Shown here: positions 28,464 to 36,831 of the stretch, in pieces
Numbering within the stretch: position 1 is the first letter of the stretch
How the letters are laid out: every line of letters begins with the position of its first letter
Source of the DNA: Candidatus Poribacteria bacterium
GTDB taxonomy: Bacteria > Poribacteria > WGA-4E > WGA-3G
Direction: 5' to 3'
DNA: 64,000 nucleotides
Assembly: GCA_965242965.1 (NCBI GenBank)
Contig: OZ251518.1
Location: forward strand, 128,001 to 192,000
The notes under the pieces: generated by a model
What the model saw: only the letters and a program-made list of their open reading frames with translations
What the model was told of the DNA's origin: nothing
The model's database searches: none
Made by a program: the position numbers and the translations under genes

Positions 28464-29771
28464 CTACTGGGATTGAGGTGAATCGGCGAAGAGCGGCACT
28501 TCAGCTGGCAAATCACACATCCGTGCCATATCGGGGAAAATGTGCGTGACATCTTTCCTAAAAACATCGCCGCTCAGAATATCAATGATGCCGCCTTGAT
28601 GCTCCGGGTGTTCGGATAAGAACCGCGCGAAACTGAATTCCTTCGTGTAAAACGCGTAGACCAGCTTCCGAAACGCCTCCATACCCTTGACGAACGTCGG
28701 CCCGAAGCTCCCCAGTTGCGCCGCGGAAAAATCGTTCTTTTGGAACGCTTCCACGATGACATCGGCGGCCATTTCTCCTGATTTGAGCGCAAGAAAGAGG
28801 CCCGTTGAGTAAACCGGGTCCAGGAAACCGAACGCGTCACCTACTAATACCCAGCCGTTGCCAGCGATGCGGTTTGCGCGATACGAAAAGTCCTTCGTCG
28901 TCTTAATTGGGAACAGTTGTTTCGCGCCGGCGAGTCGCTTCTTCAAGGCGCGGCATTTTGATAATTCTTCGTCAAAGATTCGCTGCGCGTCCAATTTACC
29001 GTTGGCATCCCGGCGATTTTGGAGGAGATAGTCTAGTTCGCCGACAACGCCAATGCTGGTGCGATTGTAGGGTAACGGGATAGACCAGAACCACGAATCC
29101 TTGGTTTCGGTGTGCATGATGAGCGTCGCGCCTTCGTCAATGCCTTCGTCTCGGTGCGCGCCTTCAAAATGCGTGAAAAGCGATGCCATTTTCAGGTTCG
29201 GTTCTGTCGCGTTCATGTCCAGTTGCCTGCCGATGAGGGAACTCTGTCCGGTGGAATCGACAATGACGGTGGAATGAATAGTCTCCGTTTCCGTAGCGCG
29301 AGGGCCTGTCCCTCGCGTTCCAGAGTTTTGAACCACAACCCCCACGGCCGCGCCATCCTCAAAAAGCACCTTGCGCACACGGGTGCCGCGGCGGACTTCT
29401 ACGCCTTTTTCGGCTGCATTTTCCAGAAGCCCCTGGTCAAATTCACTCCGCAGCACCTGCCATGTGACAGCACTTTCGTGCGGGTTCGTCTGAAAGAAAT
29501 AGAACGGTTTGGCGGCTTTCCCGGAACGTGAATAGAACTGCACGCTGAATTTCTGTGGGAAGTGACTTTTCTGGAGTTTTTCAAGCATGCCGAGCCGCTT
29601 GAACGTCCAATAAGTCGCAGGAATCAGGGATTCGCCGATTTTAAAACTGGGTTCGGTTTCGCGTTCAAGGAGCAGCACTCGGTATCCGTGTTGTGCTGTG
29701 AGTGCGGCGACGGTGCTTCCGGCGGGCCCGCCGCCGATAACAGTGATGTCGTAATGTTTCGGTTTTTGCAT
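28464..29771 (-). CDS. Flavin-dependent halogenase-like oxidoreductase
   Basis: GGGPAGS, IGESL, FPQK (position of catalytic Lys), WFWSIP (WxWxIP), GDAFGFLDPVYSTG. Confidence 0.8.
   Translation of the reverse strand: MQKPKHYDITVIGGGPAGSTVAALTAQHGYRVLLLERETEPSFKIGESLIPATYWTFKRLGMLEKLQKSHFPQKFSVQFYSRSGKAAKPFYFFQTNPHESAVTWQVLRSEFDQGLLENAAEKGVEVRRGTRVRKVLFEDGAAVGVVVQNSGTRGTGPRATETETIHSTVIVDSTGQSSLIGRQLDMNATEPNLKMASLFTHFEGAHRDEGIDEGATLIMHTETKDSWFWSIPLPYNRTSIGVVGELDYLLQNRRDANGKLDAQRIFDEELSKCRALKKRLAGAKQLFPIKTTKDFSYRANRIAGNGWVLVGDAFGFLDPVYSTGLFLALKSGEMAADVIVEAFQKNDFSAAQLGSFGPTFVKGMEAFRKLVYAFYTKEFSFARFLSEHPEHQGGIIDILSGDVFRKDVTHIFPDMARMCDLPAEVPLFADSPQSQ
29293..29317 (+). repeat. Intragenic family-A REP hairpin
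   Basis: GTAGCGCGAGGGCCTGTCCCTCGCG inside the halogenase CDS, translated as RGTGPRAT. Confidence 0.85.
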
Positions 29772-29805
29772 TTGAACACCATCAATTTGTGTAAGCCCGA
29801 AATGC

Positions 29806-30300
29806 CTATTTGATATTGAGAGCCTTTGCGAGATTCCCTTCATAACTGCATCGCGTTGTCTGAATCGGCAATTTCGCGCCGCGGAAATTCACCGAAGAAC
29901 GTTTCAGTTTCTCGTTCTGTCTGCTTTGAACCCTCTTGCTGCCATGGATAAGGACAGGGATACAATCCGTTTTGACATTCCTCGGCACCAACCGATTGAC
30001 AATGTGTGCTCCTTCTTGCAATTGCCTGACGACTTCCGATGCGTCAACGTCGCCTTGCTTGAGTTCCATTGGCACAGCCACGAGAGTGTCTTGGCGAGTG
30101 TAAAAGAGGATAAAATCGCATTGCGCTTTCACCGCTCTATCCGTTGGGAAGGCAAGATCGACATCTAATACCACTCGCTCGCGCGGGAGGTTCGCGAGCG
30201 AAACACGGCACCCGTTTCGCGTGTAAGAGGTAGCTACCCTTTCGCCTATCCACCGGCGAATCTGGTTAAGCGCGTCACGCGGATTCACGTTTGCTACCAC
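29806..30300 (-). CDS. Hypothetical PD-(D/E)xK nuclease-like protein
   Basis: CDFILF...PMELKQG motif; overlaps the upstream ATPase stop; start may be GTG at 30288. Confidence 0.55.
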   Translation of the reverse strand: MVANVNPRDALNQIRRWIGERVATSYTRNGCRVSLANLPRERVVLDVDLAFPTDRAVKAQCDFILFYTRQDTLVAVPMELKQGDVDASEVVRQLQEGAHIVNRLVPRNVKTDCIPVLIHGSKRVQSRQNEKLKRSSVNFRGAKLPIQTTRCSYEGNLAKALNIK

Positions 30301-31507
30301 CTTCCCCGTTTTCCACCCGGGCTTGGAGATTCACCATACGATTATACTGTGTTTCCGCAACGTCCCCGTAGTCTACTGGGTAGACACCTCCCCATACCTC
30401 AAACGGAATTTCCGTAACAGGTGTATCTTTTTGGAATTGCCATGCGCCCACTTCCGAGGGCATCAGCCAACTCGCAGGGGTATCATCTGTCTTGGCAAGT
30501 AGCCCTTCAAGCATCAGACAACTTAATTCCTCAAGCAGCCAATCGCTGTGTGTCGTCGCGATGACTTTCACGCCAGCACGGACGAGGCGCGCGAGCGTAA
30601 CTGCCAGGTCTGCCTGGGATTGCGGATGCAGGTGCGCCTCCGGTTCCTCAATAACGAGCAGATCCCCCGGGGCAAGCCCTCGTCGGAGAAAAAGGACTAA
30701 CGGCGCGAGCTCGGATACCATTGCCGAGGCATGGCTCAATCGCATCTCTTCTTCCACGCCTTGCGGACGATAACGGAAATCGGGATACCCAGTCGGCGAA
30801 AGCCGCGCGAGAATCTTTCCACCGAGGATATCAGTCTCTAACGCATCGGCGATTGCGTTCATGTCGCCGTTGCTCATCTTTTTGTCCGGCCGGTAAAGGA
30901 TAAGACGCTGTAGGAATTCTGCCATGCCTGCCGAAAATGTTGACACTTCCGAGAAACGTCCGCCGCGAGTAGCACGCCCAATCAGCGAACTGGCGATGAG
31001 CCCATGCTGCTGAATCAGGCCACTGCGAATTGCTGGTAGATAACACCGTTGCCCGCTAAAATAGGGGGAGAGGGGCTCTGCGCTTCTTCCCTCTTTTTTA
31101 TTCTCGGAAAGTTCCCGCGTGAGTGACCACTCTGATGCCGAGGCAGTCAACTTGAGACTCCAGTCGTCCTTATCATCTTCTGAACGTGCCTGCAGCGAAA
31201 CCACCATTTCCGAAGAAAGTTTTTCCGCATTCAATCGCCGCAATGCCGAAACGGAAGGCAGATCGAAGCAATTTTTCAGTTCTGCTTGTAATGCATCCCG
31301 GAGCGTGTCTTCAGGCGAGCGCGCCTCCAATTCCGCAAATACGCCTTGCAAGGCATATACCAACGTTGAGAACCAGGTCTTCCCGGTGTTGCTCGCACCG
31401 ACGCACACCGTCAGCGGCCGTAAATCAATGACGGCTTCTGTAATCGGACCGAGGTTGCGGACAGCGATTTCAACTTTTGGATGCTGTTGTGTGTCCATAG
31501 CACTCAT
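30275..31507 (-). CDS. AAA_15/AAA_21-type ATPase
   Basis: VRNLGPI, GASNTGKT, IEEPEAHLHP, TTHSD. Confidence 0.85.
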   Translation of the reverse strand: MSAMDTQQHPKVEIAVRNLGPITEAVIDLRPLTVCVGASNTGKTWFSTLVYALQGVFAELEARSPEDTLRDALQAELKNCFDLPSVSALRRLNAEKLSSEMVVSLQARSEDDKDDWSLKLTASASEWSLTRELSENKKEGRSAEPLSPYFSGQRCYLPAIRSGLIQQHGLIASSLIGRATRGGRFSEVSTFSAGMAEFLQRLILYRPDKKMSNGDMNAIADALETDILGGKILARLSPTGYPDFRYRPQGVEEEMRLSHASAMVSELAPLVLFLRRGLAPGDLLVIEEPEAHLHPQSQADLAVTLARLVRAGVKVIATTHSDWLLEELSCLMLEGLLAKTDDTPASWLMPSEVGAWQFQKDTPVTEIPFEVWGGVYPVDYGDVAETQYNRMVNLQARVENGEGGSKRESA

Positions 31508-31524
31508 TTTTATCCTCCCAGTTC

Positions 31525-32769
31525 TCAGCGCCAGTCAGAAAAGCGGTTCGCCTTGCCGGCAGTGCGCGGGAACGTGCCAACCGGCACTGATTTCACGATA
31601 GCACGGAATCCCAGAACGCCTTGAATTTTCGCAGTTACAGCTGCGGCAGTTTGTTCGGGATTCGGATTCGTGGATTCAACCTGAATTTCAAGTTCATCCT
31701 GTATTCCCTCGCGATAAGCCCGCGCCGAGAATTCAGCGACATCCGGGAATTGGAAGACGATGTTCTCAAGCGTAGCGGGATAGATGTTCATACCGCGGAT
31801 GATGAGCAGGCTATCTATCCGGCCCATAACGCCGCCTTCCAAAACGCGATAATCCATGCCACACTCGCAGGGTGCAGACTTGAGTTTGACGTAATCGCCG
31901 GTGCGGTATCGGATGACAGGCATCCCAACGCGCCCGAGGTTGGTAATCACTAACTCGCCGGCATCCGCAGGTTTAGCTGTTTCTGTATCAATGACTTCGC
32001 AAATAAATTCGTCTTCGTTGAGGTGGACACCGGCTTGCAGCCTGCACATGACTCCCCAAGCCCCCACCTCCGTTGCACCGGCGTGGTCAAACGCGCGTGC
32101 GCCCCAGCACGTCTCAATGCGTTGTTTCGTGGCAGGTAAACTCGCTCCTGGCTCACCAGCGTGAATCGTGACGCGGACGCTTGAGGAACTGGCAAGTTCG
32201 ATGCCATTTTCCTCCGCTGCAGCGGCGAGCCGCAGTGCATAGGTAGGCGTGCAAACTAGCACCGTCACGTCATTATAGAGCATTGCGCGAAGACGCTGCT
32301 CCGAGGATAGCCCACCGTTCGGGATTGTCAACGCGCCGAGTTGCCTCGCGCCGTGATGCGCACTCCAGAAACCGATAAACGGTCCGAAGGTGAACGCAAT
32401 CATGAGCCGGTCGGCGGCTGTTACGCCCGCTTCACGGTAGATGTCTCGCCAACATTTCCCCCACCAATCCCATGATTCGGCGGTATCCAACCACCGTATC
32501 GGTTTTCCGGTAGTGCCGGAAGTTTGGTGGAGACAGATATACTTCTCCAGAGGAAAGGTAAGATTTGTGCCGTAAGGCGGGTGCGCCCCCTGGTCTGCGC
32601 TGAGTTCCGATTTTGTCGTGAAGGGCAGCCGCTGGTAATCCGCGAACGTTTGCACATCGTTCGGATGCGTTATTCCTGCTTCGGCGAATTTTTGTCGATA
32701 GAAGGCATTCGTTTTCAATACCGGTGCAAGCATTTTGCGGAGCCTGTGCAACTGTTTTGTTGTTTGCAT
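31525..32769 (-). CDS. Phenylacetate-CoA ligase family adenylating enzyme
   Basis: LPFTTKSEL, TSGTTGKP, HAGATE, RYRTGD, GRID. Confidence 0.85.
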   Translation of the reverse strand: MQTTKQLHRLRKMLAPVLKTNAFYRQKFAEAGITHPNDVQTFADYQRLPFTTKSELSADQGAHPPYGTNLTFPLEKYICLHQTSGTTGKPIRWLDTAESWDWWGKCWRDIYREAGVTAADRLMIAFTFGPFIGFWSAHHGARQLGALTIPNGGLSSEQRLRAMLYNDVTVLVCTPTYALRLAAAAEENGIELASSSSVRVTIHAGEPGASLPATKQRIETCWGARAFDHAGATEVGAWGVMCRLQAGVHLNEDEFICEVIDTETAKPADAGELVITNLGRVGMPVIRYRTGDYVKLKSAPCECGMDYRVLEGGVMGRIDSLLIIRGMNIYPATLENIVFQFPDVAEFSARAYREGIQDELEIQVESTNPNPEQTAAAVTAKIQGVLGFRAIVKSVPVGTFPRTAGKANRFSDWR

Positions 32770-32807
32770 ATTTTTGTTTTTAACCGGTCTGCTCACGGTA
32801 TGGCGAT

Positions 32808-32895
32808 GGCGAGGGACAGGCCCTCGCTCTACAGGCCGGGGAGACGGTATCGCGAGGGACAAGTGAGGAATCGAGACCGGGAGGACTCGCCTACC
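32808..32895. repeat. Short REP cluster (families A and B)
   Basis: GGCGAGGGACAGGCCCTCGCTCTAC and ATCGAGACCGGGAGGACTCGCCTAC. Confidence 0.8.
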
Positions 32896-32915
32896 AGGCC
32901 CCTCACACGACAGGC

Positions 32916-34277
32916 CTAAGTATAACGCGTGTTTTGATACTCCGGCGCGTAGAATGCCGGGAGCAAGGCATCTACCTGCAGCAACCCGCGTTGCGTCAAG
33001 CGGATTTCGTCTGCCCCGCGGTCAAACGTTAACATGCCATCATCGCGCAAGTTCCGGTAGGCATCGGCGAACTGCGTGAGGATATCCGCTCCAAATTTCT
33101 CCTCAAAATAGGAGGGACAGATTTCTCCGAGTTTAAGCTGCAAGATCATCTCACGTGTCAACCGTTCCTCGTCCGTGGGCATCAATGCACGGGAAATAGG
33201 CAGTCTATTTTCTTCAAGGTGCGCGAGGTAGTCTCCCCACGATGGCGCGTTCTGGAAGTGAATCCCCCTCAGATGCGAGAACGATGCGACACCTGTCCCG
33301 AGCATATCACTCCCCTGCCACACCGCGTCCCGATAGACAAATTGTTGCGTCAGTTCTCCTCCATCCTTCACCATCGTATAGGCACTGGAGCGACGATACC
33401 CGGCTTCTGCAAACTGCTCATTCGCGTACTGATGCCATTCGCGCTTCAGTTTCCAATCCGCCACCGGCAGCGAGTCACCGCCGAGAATGTCTTTGGAATA
33501 GACGGTATTGAAAGGTAATTCCAGTTGATAGACGGTAATGCTGTCGGGCTCCAACGCAATCGTCTTTTTGACGGTTTCGCGCCAACTCTCCCACGTTTCG
33601 CCTATCATGCCAGAGATGAGATCGATGTTTACCTGCCGGAAGTCCAACGCCTTTATCCACGGTGCAATGCGATAAACCTCTTTGGTGAGGTGTGCCCTGC
33701 CGTTTTCGGCGAGGATTTCATCGTTCAAGTTTTCCACGCCGAGGCTGAGACGGGTTACGCCGATCGACTTAATAGCCTCCAACTTCGTTTGGGTGAGGGT
33801 GCCGGGTTCACACTCAAACGCGACTTCCTCTGCGTCGTCCCACGGGAGCACTGCTTTCACCCGCGATACCAACGTCTTCAGGTGCTTGACGCTGATATAG
33901 GACGGCGTGCCGCCGCCGAAATAGACGAATTTCAACGGGCGATTTGCGATTGCAGGTTGCGCACTATAGAGCTCCACCTCTTTCGCCAGCGCGTTTAAGT
34001 AAACGTCAATCTCCGAACTATTCTTATCGGTGTAAACCCGAAAATAGCAGAACTTGCACCGCTTGCGGCAAAAAGGGATGTGCATATAAAGTCCGAGCGT
34101 TGCATCCCGACGCGGCGGCGCATCCAACGCCTCCCGAACTGCCGGCACATCCTTATCACCCCAAGCCGAATACGGCGGATAGTTGGATACGAAAACGCTC
34201 CCTACCGTCGTCTGTTTGGATTCTATGCCTGCCGTTGCAGGTTCCGGTTTTGTCTTGTCTCTCGTATCCAAGTTCAT
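32916..34277 (-). CDS. HemN-like radical SAM enzyme
   Basis: YMHIPFCRKRCKFC, YFGGGTPS, RLSLGVE, NIDLISG; ATG overlaps the upstream stop (ATGA). Confidence 0.85.
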   Translation of the reverse strand: MNLDTRDKTKPEPATAGIESKQTTVGSVFVSNYPPYSAWGDKDVPAVREALDAPPRRDATLGLYMHIPFCRKRCKFCYFRVYTDKNSSEIDVYLNALAKEVELYSAQPAIANRPLKFVYFGGGTPSYISVKHLKTLVSRVKAVLPWDDAEEVAFECEPGTLTQTKLEAIKSIGVTRLSLGVENLNDEILAENGRAHLTKEVYRIAPWIKALDFRQVNIDLISGMIGETWESWRETVKKTIALEPDSITVYQLELPFNTVYSKDILGGDSLPVADWKLKREWHQYANEQFAEAGYRRSSAYTMVKDGGELTQQFVYRDAVWQGSDMLGTGVASFSHLRGIHFQNAPSWGDYLAHLEENRLPISRALMPTDEERLTREMILQLKLGEICPSYFEEKFGADILTQFADAYRNLRDDGMLTFDRGADEIRLTQRGLLQVDALLPAFYAPEYQNTRYT

Positions 34278-35425
34278 TTCCTTTTTCCTCCGAAGCAGTA
34301 GAGGGTGCCATCCTCTGTCCCGATATATACTTTTCCATCGGCAACACTCGGTGAGGCGACGATGGCGGAGCCCGTTGTGAACTCCCACACCGGTTCGCCT
34401 GTCGTGACATCTAAAGCGATGAAATTTCCGCGGGTTGTGCCGACAAAGGCGCGCATCCCGGCGATGACAGCGGAAGATTCAATACGGGATTTGGCGGCGT
34501 AAGTCCATTGCGATTCACCCGTGTCAGGCATGAGCGCGTGCACCATCTTATCGCGTCCACCGATGATAACACGTTCGTCAGTCACAGCAGCGGAGGCAAA
34601 GAAAGGAAATCGACGTTTCGGATGTTGATACCGCCACTGAATCTCACCGGTTTGGACATCAATTCCCAACACTTCGCTCCCATACGTTCCGACATAAACG
34701 TGGTTTCTCCAGCACGCGGCACTCGCGCCGACATACGCGCCGAGAGGCACCTGATGTGTCTGTGTGCCATCCGCAATAGAGAGGACGCGCAGATAACTGT
34801 CGCACCCCGTGACAATCACCGAATCACCGACAATCGCAGGGGTACCGTGGACGTAACCCTCCGTCTCAAATTTCCAGACTAGGGTGCCATCTCTCCTATT
34901 GAGGCAGTAAAGAAATCCATCATAGGAACCGAACAGCACCCGTTCTCCAGAAAAATTCGCGGATGAGATAATCTCGCCTTCGGTGTGAAACTGCCAGTTG
35001 ACTTGCCCGTTGCCGATGTCGATGGCATAGAAAACCCCCGTACCGTCGCCAAAGTATAGGTTTCCATTTCGGATGGAAGGCGATGCTTTAATCTGTCCTT
35101 CTGCCTGAAATTTCCATTTCAACTGTCCGTTCTGCGCGTCAACGGCATAGAGGTAACCGTCCAATGCGCCGAAATACACGGTGCCATCAACAACCGCCGC
35201 CGTGGATTCAATGATATCCTCCGCCTGAAATGTCCAGAGAAGTGTGAGTTCATCGGGAAGTTCAGTGATTGCAACGCCGGTGAGTTGCGGATTGCCCCGG
35301 AAACTGGGCCAGTCGCCAAAAACGGGCACCCCAACGAAGGACAGCGTCTGAATCAGGATGAACAGACTGATAGGATTCACCTGATGCCGCCAGCCGAACC
35401 CGGTTCTGTCAATAAGTCGCTTCAT
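34274..35425 (-). CDS. PQQ-like (BamB-type) beta-propeller protein
   Basis: WPSFRGN followed by repeated S.A....VYFG..DG.LYA.D...G...W.F blades. Confidence 0.9.
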   Translation of the reverse strand: MKRLIDRTGFGWRHQVNPISLFILIQTLSFVGVPVFGDWPSFRGNPQLTGVAITELPDELTLLWTFQAEDIIESTAAVVDGTVYFGALDGYLYAVDAQNGQLKWKFQAEGQIKASPSIRNGNLYFGDGTGVFYAIDIGNGQVNWQFHTEGEIISSANFSGERVLFGSYDGFLYCLNRRDGTLVWKFETEGYVHGTPAIVGDSVIVTGCDSYLRVLSIADGTQTHQVPLGAYVGASAACWRNHVYVGTYGSEVLGIDVQTGEIQWRYQHPKRRFPFFASAAVTDERVIIGGRDKMVHALMPDTGESQWTYAAKSRIESSAVIAGMRAFVGTTRGNFIALDVTTGEPVWEFTTGSAIVASPSVADGKVYIGTEDGTLYCFGGKRK

Positions 35426-36536
35426 AAAGCCTCACAAAATCTTGCAGTGCTAGCGGACGTGGATTAAACTGTGCTGTCCATTGCGCCGCCGCTTCTTCCG
35501 CCAATGTGGGGATATCGCTTCGCGCAATGCCGAAATCTCGGAGGCAGTGTGGTAATCCGGTGGCATCCTTGAGTGCCACAATCTGCTCAGCGAGCTCTCT
35601 GTCAGGCGACAACTCCCGATATAAATCTGCAACGACGGTGCTATTGAACCTGATGACGTGCGGTAACATGAGTGCTACTGCAACGCCGTGCGTGATGTCG
35701 TATTGCGCAGTCAACGGATTAGCGCAGGCGTGCGCTGCACCGAGCATCGAATATTCGATGGCCGTTCCTGCGAGGTAAGCACCGAATAGCATGTTACCAT
35801 AAACCGAGCATTCTGCATCGAGTTGCACGCCGCCCTCTGCAACCGCCGCTTCAAAATTTGCCGTTAACAACCGCCACGCCTGATGCGCGAACAGACTTGA
35901 CATCAAGTTTCGGCGCGTGGAGACGAAACTCTCCACGGCGTGCGCGATAGCATCTATCCCTGTGGCTGCTGCTACCGGTTTCGGTACGGTGGTGATGAGG
36001 CCCGGGTCTAAAATTACGGTTGCGAATTTCGCTTTTCTGTCACCACACGCCATTTTGATATGCGTTTCCACTTGTGAAATCAAGGCAAAGGACTGCGCTT
36101 CGCTGCCGGTGCCGGCGGTTGTCGGAATTCCGATGGAAGGAAGCATTGCGCGCGTGGCGCGATTTGAGCCCCAATAGTCCTCCATTTTTCCGCCGTTTGT
36201 GAGCAAGAAGTTGACACCCTTAGCGCAATCCATCGCGCTACCGCCGCCGAGCCCGATGATGATGTCAATCGGCGCGTTCGCCTTCGCGAAAGCGTGGGCG
36301 GCTTCAACGTGCCGCGTCGTCGGATTCGGCGCAACATCGGCAAAAGTGTGACAGACGATTCCTTCGCGTTGTAACGCCGCAATCCCCTGCGCGACGATGC
36401 CGGCATCTTGCACACCCGGGTCCGTCACGATAAGCACCCGATATCCATTGAGTGCCTTGGCTGCCTCACCGAGTCTCTCTACGGCGTTCTTTCCAAAGAT
36501 GACGCGCTGCGTCAGTTCGGATTCAAAGTTTTGCAT
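35409..36536 (-). CDS. Iron-containing alcohol dehydrogenase
   Basis: GLGGGSAMDCAKG, PTTAGTGSE, DAIAHAVE, AHACA, HGVAVA. Confidence 0.9.
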   Translation of the reverse strand: MQNFESELTQRVIFGKNAVERLGEAAKALNGYRVLIVTDPGVQDAGIVAQGIAALQREGIVCHTFADVAPNPTTRHVEAAHAFAKANAPIDIIIGLGGGSAMDCAKGVNFLLTNGGKMEDYWGSNRATRAMLPSIGIPTTAGTGSEAQSFALISQVETHIKMACGDRKAKFATVILDPGLITTVPKPVAAATGIDAIAHAVESFVSTRRNLMSSLFAHQAWRLLTANFEAAVAEGGVQLDAECSVYGNMLFGAYLAGTAIEYSMLGAAHACANPLTAQYDITHGVAVALMLPHVIRFNSTVVADLYRELSPDRELAEQIVALKDATGLPHCLRDFGIARSDIPTLAEEAAAQWTAQFNPRPLALQDFVRLYEATY

Positions 36537-36580
36537 GAATGAAAGTTTGGACGATTCCTAATCAAAAAGGTGTTAATGAC

Positions 36581-36609
36581 ATTAAACCTTATTTCGCGAC
36601 TTTTGTCAA
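36581..36609 (-). promoter_or_regulatory. sigma70-type promoter of the ADH-led operon
   Basis: TTGACA-17-TTTAAT on the minus strand. Confidence 0.55.
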
Positions 36610-36633
36610 GCAAAGAGGATGAAGATTACCGTA

Positions 36634-36811
36634 ACGCGGGGGACAGGCCCCCGCGAACAATGGTTACCGTAGCGCGGGGGCCTGTCCCCCGCGATCTCTC
36701 CGCGCGCGATAACCCAGGCGAGGGACAGGCTCAAGACCGGAACATCGAGACCAGGAGGTCTCTCCTACCCCGCGAACGTTGGCATGGCGAGGAACAGGCC
36801 CTCGCCCTACG
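36634..36811. repeat. REP mosaic
   Basis: Family A and B hairpins in both orientations. Confidence 0.85.
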
Positions 36812-36831
36812 GATTTCCAACGGTTTCAGGA

